Assembly (NCBI GenBank): GCA_964016885.1
Contig: OZ024741.1
Coordinates: forward strand, 332,506,001-332,570,000
DNA: 64,000 nucleotides
Reading direction: 5' to 3'
Origin: Eledone cirrhosa
Taxonomy: Eukaryota
Shown here: positions 51,998 through 64,000 of the stretch, piece after piece
How the letters are laid out: the number at the start of each line of letters is the position of its first letter
Numbering within the stretch: the first letter of the stretch is position 1
The notes under the pieces: model-generated
Database searches by the model: none
What the model was told of the DNA's origin: nothing
The model's input: only the letters and a program-made list of their open reading frames with translations
Translations under genes and position numbers: made by a program

Positions 51998-52187
51998 ATA
52001 ATTGTTTCTACTTTAGGCACAAGGCCAGCAATTAACCAGTGCATTACTGGTACTTTTATTTTATCGTCCCCGTAAGGATGAAAGGCAAAGTCAACCTCGG
52101 CGGGATTTGAACTCAGATCGTAAAGGGACGTAACTATACTGGAAAGCATGGCGTCCGACCCTCCACCGATACTGCCAATTCACCGCC
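51998..52187 (-). mobile_element. MetaSINE-like SINE with perfect 16-bp TSD
   Basis: TCTTTAAATAAATAAT at 51987-52002 and 52190-52205. Confidence 0.92.
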
Positions 52188-52501
52188 TTTCTTTAAATAA
52201 ATAATAAAATTTAGCCACAAAATGTAATAGATAAATTATGTAATATTCATTCATTATTTATTCAAAGTAATCTAACTTATTTTACTAATGGGATAAAAAA
52301 TTATAAACCGTACGCAATCCCGCACTTCTTACTTTATTATAGTTTAGATTGTAATAGAACACCAGATTTATGACAGAAGGATCTCTTAAATCAATCACAA
52401 CTACATGTCATCATTGACACCAAAATCCAAAGTTTCATAGTGATGGTCACACATGGATTATATCTATATAATGGAATATATCTCTTATTTTCACTTTCTT
52501 A

Positions 52502-52552
<51 letters not shown>

Positions 52553-52854
52553 GCCCTCTCTTTCTTTTACCCCTTTCTCTTTCTCTGTCTTTCTTTCCCT
52601 CTTTATCTCTGTCTCTTTGTCTCTCTCTATCTCTTTCTCTCTCTCACTCTCTCTCTTTATCTCTGTCTCTTTGTCCCTCTCTATCTCTTTCTCTCTCTCA
52701 CTCTCTCTCTCTCTTTATCTCTGTCTCTTTGTCCCTCTCTATCTCTTTCTCTCTGTCTCTTAATTAAAAAAAAAAATTAAGTCAGGTCCAATCTAGATAG
52801 AAAAAATATGATATAATCACATATTTACATTCATATATATATACATATATATAT

Positions 52855-53085
52855 ATCATCATCATCATCATCATCATTTTACGTCCGCTTTTCCCTGCTT
52901 GCAAGGGTGGGACGGGAACTGATTCTGGCTTGATTTCTACAGCTGGATGCCCTTCCTAACACCAACCTCATTTACAGTGAGTGGTGGGTGCTTTTTTTTC
53001 CCGTGGCGCCTACATGACCACATTACAGTGTGGGCTGGGTGCTTTTTTTTTTTTTTTTGTGGCACCTCCACGACCACTTTGCAGT
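52855..53085 (-). mobile_element. RTE 3' UTR-derived repeat
   Basis: Matches 38090-38195 and the reverse complement of 18290-18430. Confidence 0.8.
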
Positions 53086-53129
53086 GGAATGATAGGGACC
53101 CCAGTCCTATCATCTCATTTTTACAGCTG

Positions 53130-53256
53130 AGTAAACTGGAGCAATGTGAAATAAAGTGTCTTACTCAAGGTAACAACACATCACCTGGTCTGAGAATTGA
53201 ACTCACAACCTTTTGATTGCAAGCCCAATGCTCTAACCACTAAGCCATGTGCCTCC

Positions 53257-53257
<1 letters not shown>
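53130..53257 (-). mobile_element. CORE-like tRNA SINE
   Basis: Minus strand GGAGGCACATGGCTTAGTGGTTAGAGC...GAGTTCAATTC...CTTGAGTAAGACACTTTATTTCAC. Confidence 0.8.
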
Positions 53258-53347
<90 letters not shown>

Positions 53348-55551
53348 ACAAATATACATAATCATGATTTCATATGTTTGTACAGATGATCTCTTGATAA
53401 GATCTTTCATGTGAGGATAAATTGTTTAAATTGTTTGTTGGAGTTCTGTAGTTGCCTGATGTATTTTGATAGTGAAGTATAAGACTTTCCATTATTGTGT
53501 TTAAATAAAATTTAAAAAAATTATGTTGGCATGAATGTGTTACGCAATACGCCATAGGAGGCATAAAGAATTACAGCACAACAATTATTACAAATAAAAA
53601 ACTGAAGAATATTGCAGCATGAAAGATATCAAATGTTGATTTTATTAAATTTTTGGAAAATTATTATTATTTCTTTTAAAATGTTTAAAAAACAAACAAA
53701 AATATATGGTCGCCGAGAATTATTGATTTGTTAGGATATGACATGATGGTAAAAGATTGGCATCCATTACATTACAGGTTCACTTGACCAGCTAGAAATT
53801 GTAGCTAAATCTCCCTCAAATTATACCATACTACACTCAAAAGAAAAATAAGAAAAAAAGATTGGATGACATAATTCTACACGCACCCCCCCCCCCCCCC
53901 CCCACACACACACTTCCAGAAATAAAGATAGGGATGGTCTCATCTGGAATGCCTTTGATCATAGGTAGGTTCATTTAGGGTTCACCTGGGGCCAATCAAC
54001 AACAACATTAACTAATGACAACAACGACAACAACAAAAAGGAAGCCTCTACCTCTCACCTTCCTCTCCCTCTCCCCCAACTTTCACATCAATTTTTAGAA
54101 CCACTTCTTCAACTGTCTTCTTTCTCTCTCTCTCCCCCATCTCTCTCCCTAACTCTCTTCTTACCTGTCTCTCCTTTTCTCTCTCCCTCACTCTCTCTTC
54201 TTGCTACATGTTTTGAGCCCCTTTCTCTCTCTCTCTCTCTCTCTCTCCATCTCTCTCTCTCTCTCTCTCTCCATCTCCCTCTCTCTCTCCATATCCTTCA
54301 CTCTGCTTTCACACGCTACCAACAGCCCTCCCCTCCCCCTCAATAAACAAAAACCAAACAAAATGAGGTACAATAAATACCAACAACCACAACCACCATG
54401 ACCAGCACCACCACCATAACCACCACCACCACCACCACCACCACCATGACCACCACCACCACCACAACCACCATGACCACCACCACCACCACCACCATAA
54501 CCACCACCACCACCACCACCACCACCACAACCACCATGACCACCACCACCACCACCACCACCACCACCACCAAGCCAACTTGTAGTGTTGATAAATTAAC
54601 AATCTGCTAGACATGACATCTTCACAAAAATCATATTATTCAAAAAGGAAGTTAAAAAACATTTAAGACATGGCATAGCATTTATTCTTTATTATATTAT
54701 ATTTCTATTATATTATTTTATATTATATCTTTATTATATTTTATTATATTTTTATTATATTATATTATATTTTTATTATATTTTATTATATTATATTATA
54801 TTATATTATATTATATTTATATTATTTGATATTTTTGTTATATTTTATATTCTATTTTATTTTATTTTTATTTCATTTTTTTTTCTTATATTTCTTTTTA
54901 TTATTATTTATTTTATATTGTATTGTTGTTTTGTTTTGTGTGATGATGGATTTCAAGGAAGGAACAAAAGAGAGAGAGAAAGAAAGAAAGAACAATGTAT
55001 TGAGACACTATTGGTGTATGGGTATATATGTATGTGTTTATTTGTATGTGTTTGTTTCTAATCCTTGTGCTAGTATGTATATGTGTGTCTGAGTGTATGT
55101 GTGTCTGAACATGAAATATACTGTTAGAATCTGTGTGTGTATGTTAGTATGTATGTGTGAGTACATATATGTGTGTCTGAGTGTATGTATATGTATATGA
55201 ATACATATATCTGTGTGTGTGGGCGTATGTATATATATCTGAATGCATGTATATGTGTGTATGAGTATGCATGTTAATATGTGTGTTAGTGCATATATAT
55301 ATGCATATGAGCATACATGTATGACTGTGTGTTAGTATGTATATATGTACATAAGCATGTGTGTATGAATGTATGTATTAGTTTATATGTGTGTTAGTAT
55401 GTATATGTCAGTATGAGTGTTTGTGTGGTAGCATGTGCATGAGTATGTGTGTGTATGATAGTGTGTATGAGTATGTATATATGTGTCTGTGTGTATATAT
55501 GCCTGTAGTTGAGTGTGAGTGTTTGGTTATGTGTGTATCTGAGAATGAAGG

Positions 55552-55591
<40 letters not shown>

Positions 55592-56392
55592 TCTGTCTAT
55601 GATTGATAGTGTAAGCTTTATTGTGTGTAATAATTAATATGTAAGTGCCTGTGTGTGTGTGCCTATGTTAGCATATGTGTGACTATGTGTGCACATAAGA
55701 GAGAACACATTTGTGTAAGTTTTATGATGCATGTGTATGAGAGTGTATGCATGTATCTCCATATGTGTATCTGCATATGGGAGTGTGTGTATGTACTTTT
55801 GTTTGTGAGTGTGTGTGTGTTTGGAGCTGAGTAGAATGAACGTGTTTGAGCAGGTAGAGAGAAGGGGGAGGTGTAATGATGCTATAGATAATTTATTAAC
55901 ACTGGCGAGAGAGAGAGACAGAGAGAGAGAGAGAGGAGGAGAGAGAGAATTAGAGTTAATTTTTAGTAGGATCAACCAATATTGGAGAGATGGTAAAAAA
56001 AAGTGTGGGGTAGTGGAGGCAATAGAAAAAGAGAAGGGTGAAAGAAATGGAGAGAGAGAGAGTGTGTATAAGAGGGAGAAAGAGGGAGCATGTGCTTGTG
56101 AGAGAATGAGAGAGAGAATGGTTACATGTGTTTGAGAAAGAATGTGAAAGAACATGCAGTGGAGAGGGAAAGTAACAGAAGTTGGGTTTGAGAGAGAAAA
56201 AGTAGAAGAGTGTGTGAGAGAAAGAGTGTGTGTGTGCGAGAGCATGTGTCTGAGAGAGAGGGAGTGTGGGAAAGCATGTGTCTGAAAGAGAGAGAGATTG
56301 GTGTGAGTGTCAAGATGATGTTATTGATAAATTAACATTGAAAATACATTTTAAGTTAAGCTGATTGATCTAATCAGAGAAGAATTGAGTCA

Positions 56393-56553
56393 GAAACACA
56401 TCGAAAACACATTGAAACACATCGAAAACACATTGAAACACATCGAAACACACAGAAACACACAGAAACACACAGAATTACATGGAAACACATGGAAACT
56501 CACAGAAACACATTGAAACACACAGAATTACATGGAAACACATGGAAACACAT
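56393..56553. repeat. ~10-bp tandem repeat GAAACACA(TC/TT/CA/TG)
   Basis: Direct reading, about 15 units. Confidence 0.8.
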
Positions 56554-56899
56554 AAAACAATGGTAAATAAACAAGACAAGACATTGGCACAAACAATAGT
56601 AATGGCAACAACAATACATCACAAACAGATGGATGGAACTGTAAAATGAAGAGGAAAGGGGATATGGTGGTGTTGTGGTGTAGTAGGGTTGGTGGTGGTA
56701 GTGTGAGGAGAGGTGACTAGTAAGGAGAGTGAGGTGGGATGTGGGGGGTAGGGATGAGGCTGACTGAGGGAGAAGCTGGTGGTGTGGGGAGGGGTGTCTA
56801 AGTAAGGGAAGTGTGTTTGGCAGTGGGGTTGGACTGGGGTTGACTATAGTAGAAGTTGTGGTGCAGTGTATAGTTTGGTCTAAAAATCAGAAAGATAAA

Positions 56900-57545
56900 C
56901 AAAACAAAAAGTGGACATGTTGGTGCTACAAAAAAAAAGCACCCAGTCCACACTGTAACATAGTTGGTGTTAGAAAGGGCATCCAGGTGTAGAAACCTAG
57001 CCAAAATACAGCTCTACATGAGCAAGACATGGGTCACTTGCCCTGACTTGTCTCATAATATGACAATCCAACTAACCAATGCAAGCATTAGAAAAATAGA
57101 TGTTAAACGATGATGATGATGATGATATGTATATGCAATATGCCATAATAAAAAAGACTTGTCCTCCAGTAAAAGCTGAACAACACTGAAAGTATACCTG
57201 GATATGTGTCATGGTTGAGCTGAGTGGAGGACTCAGTATAGGACGAATCTGATATGATGTGCAAGGAGAACTCTGCTGGAACGGATATGTGGTACATATG
57301 GAGGACGCTGTATAAGGAGGTGCAAAGAAATTTCAGTGAAGTAGTGGTTCATGGAGTTATCAATTCCCACTTTTCCCCACCCCTTTCTCCACCTAATGAC
57401 ATTATGCTATCCTCCACCTATCCTATACATCACTTCCACATATGTAGAGAAGGCTCTTTATTTGTGCCATGAAAATGCCCCCAGTACACCCTGTAAAGTG
57501 GTTAGTGAAAGGAAGGGAATCCAGCTCTAGAAACCATACCAGAAA
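56900..57545 (+). mobile_element. RTE-tail repeat followed by a degenerate RTE C-terminal fragment
   Basis: AAGCACCCAGTCCACACTGTAA...(GAT)n, then a decayed R.L.W.G.V..ME-like segment and a second tail block. Confidence 0.6.
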
Positions 57546-57599
57546 AAGATTAAGAGAACTCTTCAGCAATGTCAAGAGTACAATAACGTCTCGAGAAAG

Positions 57600-57840
57600 T
57601 TGATTGACAAGGTCTCAAACCTCATTTACTTACCGAGTCGGGTGGAACTCATCAAATCAGACCAAGGAAACTATGTTTCTATTGGTCTTTCCATTGCTGA
57701 GACTATCTACCAGTCACAACTCCTTGCAGAAAAAGCAACATGAAATAAATTGTCTTGTGCAATCACTCAGTTTGGGAATCAAACTCACAATTTCCCAATT
57801 GCAAATCCAATTCTTTAACAACTAAGCCATGCTCCTTCAC
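57600..57840 (-). mobile_element. CORE-like tRNA SINE
   Basis: Reverse-complement homolog of 2215-2460 (TTGGTCTTTCCATTGCTGA; CTAAGCCATGCTCCTTCAC). Confidence 0.75.
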
Positions 57841-58072
57841 CGTATTAGTGACGCAATAAAATGCACCCGGTACACTCTGTAAAGTAGTTGGTGATAGGAA
57901 AGTCATCCAGCTGTAGAAAACTTATCAAATAATAGAGATACGTGTTCCAGCCGACGGCTGAAGCCATCCTGGGTCACCACCTTATATATATACATATGTG
58001 TGTGTATGTATGTGTATATATATATATATATATATAATATAAGATCAAAAGATGGTTAAAGGAGTTCCATAT

Positions 58073-58141
58073 ATTTTATTATGCGCATTTCAAAAACAAA
58101 CATCATCAAGCAATAATATTTGTGTTTTCATCAGATAAAAC
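58073..58141 (-). ncRNA. Minimal type I hammerhead ribozyme (pLTR copy)
   Basis: Reverse complement of 62031-62099. Confidence 0.8.
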
Positions 58142-59124
58142 AGGAGAACATGATATGAAGGCTAAAAAACACTTGTTGATAGTGCAGTTTTAAATCAACA
58201 TATGAAAAGTGGTTTTAGATTGATGTGTGATATTGGGAAAAATATTTTATTTAGAGAGGGGGGGGGGGAAAGGATGAGAAGGGAAGGAGATGAGAGGGAG
58301 AGATGGGTGATAGAGAGAAAGAGATAGTTTTTATAACTGAGAGGAGATATATTTTTTATATAGAGGGGTTGAAAACCGTTGGAAGATACTGTATAAATTA
58401 AAAATTTTGAAAATTAATGAAGGGAGGATATGTGCGAGGAAAAAATATTTTATTTAGGGAGGGGGTGGGGGTGGAAAGGATGAAAAAAAGGGGGAGGAGA
58501 TGAGAGTGAAGGTGGAGAGGGAGAGATGGGTGATAGAGAGAAAGAGATAGTTTTTATAACTGAGAAAAAGATATATTGTTTTAATATAGAGAGGTTGGGA
58601 ACCGTTGGAAGATAATGTATAAATTAAAGGAATTTGAAAATTAACGAAGGGAAATTATGTATGAAGATAGAGAGAAAAAAATAATAATTGTGGGTGAATA
58701 TTCTAACGTCAAAAGAAGAAATGTATGTATGTGGCAATTTCAAAATTAGCGAAGAGAGAAATGTTAAGGTTTATGTGTAGAAGGATTTGAGAAAAATAAT
58801 GTGAAGTTAAAGTTTTTATATTGAATTCATATGTATTAATAATGAGTTCGTTGATGGGGAGAAAAAAATAATAATAAATTAAGGATGAAATTGAGATTAA
58901 AAAGATTTATGATAGAGAGAAAAAATAATAATGATTGCGGATGAATATTCAAAATGTCAAAAACAAATGTTATTGTTTTACGAGAAGATAGAATGAGGGT
59001 AATGAGTAAACGAGTATTATAGAGTGTATAATGCCCTTTAAAGTAAGGTAGATGGGTATATTTTAAAGAGGTGTATGTATATGTGCCTTTGAGAAAAGAT
59101 TCTAAATTGATAAAGAATTGAATA

Positions 59125-60715
59125 TTAACTGTATACTTTGTGAAAAGTTCTATGGAATTTATGCAGGCAGATAGAAAACAAATCTGAGCGTCTATTTATT
59201 ATGGATTCTAGGTTAGAGATAATGGTAAATTTTTCATTTAGGCAGAGATTACAGATTTTAGATAGAGAGCTGTTCAAGTATGAGGATGCAGAAGAAATCT
59301 TTTTCCAAAAGATGCTATATTTAATGTTTTTGTCTTTTAAGGACCATATGAGTTCTGAGAGAGCAGTGTTAGTTCTTTTAAGTTTGTATTTGAAAGATGA
59401 ATGATGATTATAGAGACGAGCTTTAAAAGAGGTGGAAGTGGAGCCAAAATAGGTGAAGGAATTGGTGCTAGTTATAATTTTACATTCATAAATTAAGTTT
59501 TTATCGAGGCAATGGTTGTTGAGAGGACATTTATTTTTAATGCGGCAGTTGCAATTAGAGAGATTATTAATGAGTGATCTAGTGTTATCTATAGAAGGAA
59601 TTGGATTGGAGAAGTTGTTTGCGATAGGAATAATAGGAATAATAGTTTCTTGATTTAGAGTTGGATTATGAACATTTAGCGAAGTTGTGTTTGACGTTGT
59701 ATTTGGGTTTACAGAAGTTAGCCTAGGGTTTACAATGACGTCGGGAGTACTATTACTGTTATTATGAAATTCAATATTGGAAGGAAGAGATTTAGTATTT
59801 AATATTTTGTTGTTGTGTTTAGAGATGATGTTGGAAATATTGGAGGATGTAGAATACGAAAATTTGATGGTGTGTTTGTTAAATATTTTACTATAGATAT
59901 GTGAGGGAGGGAAGCATTTATTTAAGGCACTAAAAAATAATTTAGGAATATTGTTATTAATAGAGATGGAGAAAGGAGCATTATACCAGATTATGTTTTT
60001 GTATCTAGGTCTTTTATTAAAATTATTGGAATGGTTATGATTAATTATTCTACTGTAAGTTTTCCTAGAATTTGTTTCTTTATTATATTTGATTTTATCT
60101 GGATAGCCGGCTTTAGAAAGTGCGTTATTATAGTAATTGGCGTTAGCATCAAAGATGTTTTTATTAGAAGATATGTTAGATATTCTATTTCCAATATTAT
60201 TAACTATAGCATTCTTGATATTGGTAGGATGGTTAGATTTAAAGTTAACATAATTAAGATTCTCATTGTTTTTATGGTAAGGGTAATATAGGCCAGTGTC
60301 AAGATTAAGAGATACATCCAAGAAATTAGCTAGTTTGATACTATTATCAAATTCAATTTTTAGGTTATGTTGGTTAAAGAGATTACGTATATTGTTCTTA
60401 ATAATATTAAGTTTAACTATATTGCAATTTAGGATAGTAAAGAGTCCATCGTCACGATAAATTCCACCGCGAAGTTGAGGAATTTTCCGACTCAAAGAGT
60501 TCAAAATGAAGATACCAATTAAATCAGTCAATTGGGATGAATCGGATGCTCCCATTGTGATGTCGAAGTTGTTAGAGGTATCGGCTCTGGTCCAATATTC
60601 GTTGTTGAACTCTAGGATGGTTTTACGTGCGGTGAGGATGATGTGAAGTTCATCTGTGGTGATGTCAGAATATTTAAGTGCGAAAGATAGAGCATTATTG
60701 AGAAGTGAAGGCGAA
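59125..60715 (-). CDS. Penelope-like reverse transcriptase (partial) + GIY-YIG endonuclease, uninterrupted frame
   Basis: FDITMGASDS, GIYRDDGL, NFLDVSLNL, SNHP, WYNAPFS, CNCRIKNKCPLNNHC, LIY...YFGST..FKARLYNHHSSF, CNLCLNEK, ICLH. The annotated ATG at 60771 lies in the inverted arm, so it is not the native start. Confidence 0.92.
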
Positions 60716-62030
60716 TCACCTATTTTGGCTCCACTTCCACCTCTTTTAAAGCTCGTCTCTATAATCATCATTCATCTTTCAAATACAAACTTAAAAGAAC
60801 TAACACTGCTCTCTCAGAACTCATATGGTCCTTAAAAGACAAAAACATTAAATATAGCATCTTTTGGAAAAAGATTTCTTCTGCATCCTCATACTTGAAC
60901 AGCTCTCTATCTAAAATCTGTAATCTCTGCCTAAATGAAAAATTTACCATTATCTCTAACCTAGAATCCATAATAAATAGACGCTCAGATTTGTTTTCTA
61001 TCTGCCTGCATAAATTCCATAGAACTTTTCACAAAGTATACAGTTAATATTCAATTCTTTATCAATTTAGAATCTTTTCTCAAAGGCACATATACATACA
61101 CCTCTTTAAAATATACCCATCTACCTTACTTTAAAGGGCATTATACACTCTATAATACTCGTTTACTCATTACCCTCATTCTATCTTCTCGTAAAACAAT
61201 AACATTTGTTTTTGACATTTTGAATATTCATCCGCAATCATTATTATTTTTTCTCTCTATCATAAATCTTTTTAATCTCAATTTCATCCTTAATTTATTA
61301 TTATTTTTTTCTCCCCATCAACGAACTCATTATTAATACATATGAATTCAATATACAAACTTTAACTTCACATTATTTTTCTCAAATCCTTCTACACATA
61401 AACCTTAACATTTCTCTCTTCGCTAATTTTGAAATTGCCACAATACATACATTTCTTCTTTTGACGTTAGAATATTCACCCACAATTATTATTTTTTTCT
61501 CTCTATCTTCATACATAATTTCCCTTCGTTAATTTTCAAATTCCTTTAATTTATACATTATCTTCCAACGGTTCCCAACCTCTCTATATTAAAACAATAT
61601 ATCTTTTTCTCAGTTATAAAAACTATCTCTTTCTCTCTATCACCCATCTCTCCCTCTCCACCTTCACTCTCATCTCCTCCCCCTTTTTTTCATCCTTTCC
61701 ACCCCCACCCCCTCCCTAAATAAAATATTTTTTCCTCGCACATATCCTCCCTTCATTAATTTTCAAAATTTTTAATTTATACAGTATCTTCCAACGGTTT
61801 TCAACCCCTCTATATAAAAAATATATCTCCTCTCAGTTATAAAAACTATCTCTTTCTCTCTATCACCCATCTCTCCCTCTCATCTCCTTCCCTTCTCATT
61901 CTTTCCCCCACCCCTCTCTAAATAAAATATTTTTCCCAATATCACACATCAATCTAAAACCACTTTTCATATGTTGATTTAAAACTGCACTATCAACAAG
62001 TGTTTTTTAGCCTTCATATCATGTTCTCCT

Positions 62031-62099
62031 GTTTTATCTGATGAAAACACAAATATTATTGCTTGATGATGTTTGTTTTTGAAATGCGCATAATAAAAT
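62031..62099 (+). ncRNA. Minimal type I hammerhead ribozyme
   Basis: GTTTTAT-CTGATGA-[AAACACAAATATTATT GCTT GATGATGTTTGTTTTT]-GAAA-TGCGCA-TA-ATAAAAT: intact core, stem I, long stem II, palindromic stem III ATGCGCAT, AUA cleavage triplet. Confidence 0.82.
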
Positions 62100-62594
62100 A
62101 TATGGAACTCCTTTAACCATCTTTTGATCTTATATTATGCATACTCCAGTCCCACAAACTGTAGAGTGCTTCTTATCCGATATCTGCATTGCTTTATTGT
62201 ACTACAATAAAACTCACCTCCTACATATATACATATATATATATATATATATGCGTGTGTGTGTGTGTGAAGAAAATGGAACATAGCATATAAGTCAACA
62301 GCATCAACAACAAAAACAGCAGCAAGAACAAGACTATGATATCCAAAGAGGAAACCAATGTGTTATCCAAGGTAATATTTAGATAGATTCTTTAAATAGG
62401 AATAAATACTAAAAGACTGCAAGTGATTTTTTTATGGACGAAAACAGGCAAAACATATGAATAATATTGAACAGTAGAAATGAAATACACACACGCACAG
62501 AGGCACGTATATATATTTATATATATACACACACACACATATATATGGGTACATATATATATATATATACTCACACACACTTATAAGTGGGTAC

Positions 62595-62628
<34 letters not shown>

Positions 62629-62892
62629 GTATATGTGTGTGTTTAACAAAATATAAATAAAAAATATATAAAAATAAAGATAAAAAGCAAACAAAACCAA
62701 CAATACCAACTGATTGTATTTTTTAAATTTACTTTATTCGCTTTATTTTTCTAAATTTCTGATTCTTATATCCATTTCCCTCAGTATTTTTTCCCATATT
62801 TTTTTAGTGGTCTTCATTTTTGATGTTGTTATCATTGTTCATTAATATATATATATATATATATACACACAATATATATATTTATATACAAA

Positions 62893-62972
<80 letters not shown>

Positions 62973-63062
62973 CATACAAACACACACACACATATATATA
63001 TATATTCTAGCATGGAGCAGAGGGTGTAAAATGATGATGATGTATATATATGTATATAAATA

Positions 63063-63143
<81 letters not shown>

Positions 63144-63805
63144 AAGAGAATGTGTTTGTAGATATATATGTATAAATAAATTTTTATTGACACATGAATG
63201 CAGGAAAATTTATATTTCCATTGTCTAACTCTGTAAAAGACAAATGGTGCCTAAGTAGAAACTGCAGAAATCAACGAGAGCACAAAATAGAAAATAGATT
63301 CCATATATATATATATATATTACTTTTGTGTGTATATATATATACAAGAGTGTGTGTGTATATGTATATGTACACACACTTCTGTATATATATATAATAC
63401 ACACACAAATATCTATCACATATGTTCACACACACATATATACATATACATACTTACATATATTTACACACATATATATATATATATATGCATGTCATTC
63501 TTTTTTTAATATTCGATTTTTATGTTTTATTTATTATGCCTTACCATTCCATTTTTCATTTATTTATTTATTTGTTGTCAAGTCACAAGAAAAAAAAAAT
63601 ATGATTCTTCTTTCCTGAATAGAAATTTAATCTTTACCAAAAGCTTTTTAACAAAAAAGAAAGTATATGTATGTATATATATATATATAGCGTCTACCTC
63701 TCAACGGAATAAAAGACATTTTTTAAAATAGGAGGAGAGGAAAAAAAAATCTCACTTTTTCTTATAGCTAAGTAAAGTGAATGTGAATGTGCTTATGTGA
63801 GTGTT

Positions 63806-63893
<88 letters not shown>

Positions 63894-64000
63894 TGTGTGT
63901 ATATACATCATCATCACTGTTTATCATATACATATATATGTGTGTGTATATATGTATATATATATATATGTGTGTGTGTCATCATCATCATCATTGTTGT

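Larger units (their letters stand above)
58034..62222 (-). mobile_element. Penelope-like retroelement, 5'-truncated, with inverted pseudo-LTR
   Basis: Near-identical inverted arms 58034-59456 and 60716-62138 around a 1259-bp spacer; RT + GIY-YIG ORF; hammerheads near both outer ends; (TA)n on both flanks. Confidence 0.93.

Noticed and set aside
59201-59404. Duplicated 67-aa ORF (also 60768-60971)
   Set aside because: Antisense to the GIY-YIG domain; duplicated only because of the inverted arms.
59125-62099. Selenoprotein/SECIS in the PLE (reported for some Naiads); ATGA...GA at 62041-62082
   Set aside because: The ORF has no in-frame TGA, the hairpin lacks the apical AA, and it is fully explained as hammerhead stem II.

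Overview
AT-rich, repeat-saturated eukaryotic DNA. The microsatellite load and the SINE/LINE families suggest a coleoid cephalopod such as Octopus (inference from recalled repeat families, not a database hit). I find no supportable host protein-coding gene, so the window reads as intergenic or deep intronic; nearly all ORFs in the track are translations of simple repeats. The real coding signal is transposon-derived: (1) a young-looking 5'-truncated Penelope-like element (RT + GIY-YIG, Naiad-like Cys motifs) forming a 4.1-kb structure with two ~1.42-kb inverted arms, each with a minimal type I hammerhead ribozyme (58034-62222); (2) a full-length but inactivated Tc1-family DD34E transposon with IR/DR ends (22090-23699); (3) a decayed RTE-clade LINE with a PHD-like finger, plus many RTE 3' fragments; (4) Tx1/L1-like 3' ends in (TATC)n, Ingi/Vingi-like 3' remnants and a Helitron-type 3' end; (5) MetaSINE-like and CORE-like tRNA SINEs. 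There are also several minisatellites (27, 41, 51, ~79 and 145 bp units). The most unusual signal is a small ~165-bp family in (TA)n tracts that recurs with inversions and folds into a hammerhead-like motif with a non-canonical core (CAGAAGA).
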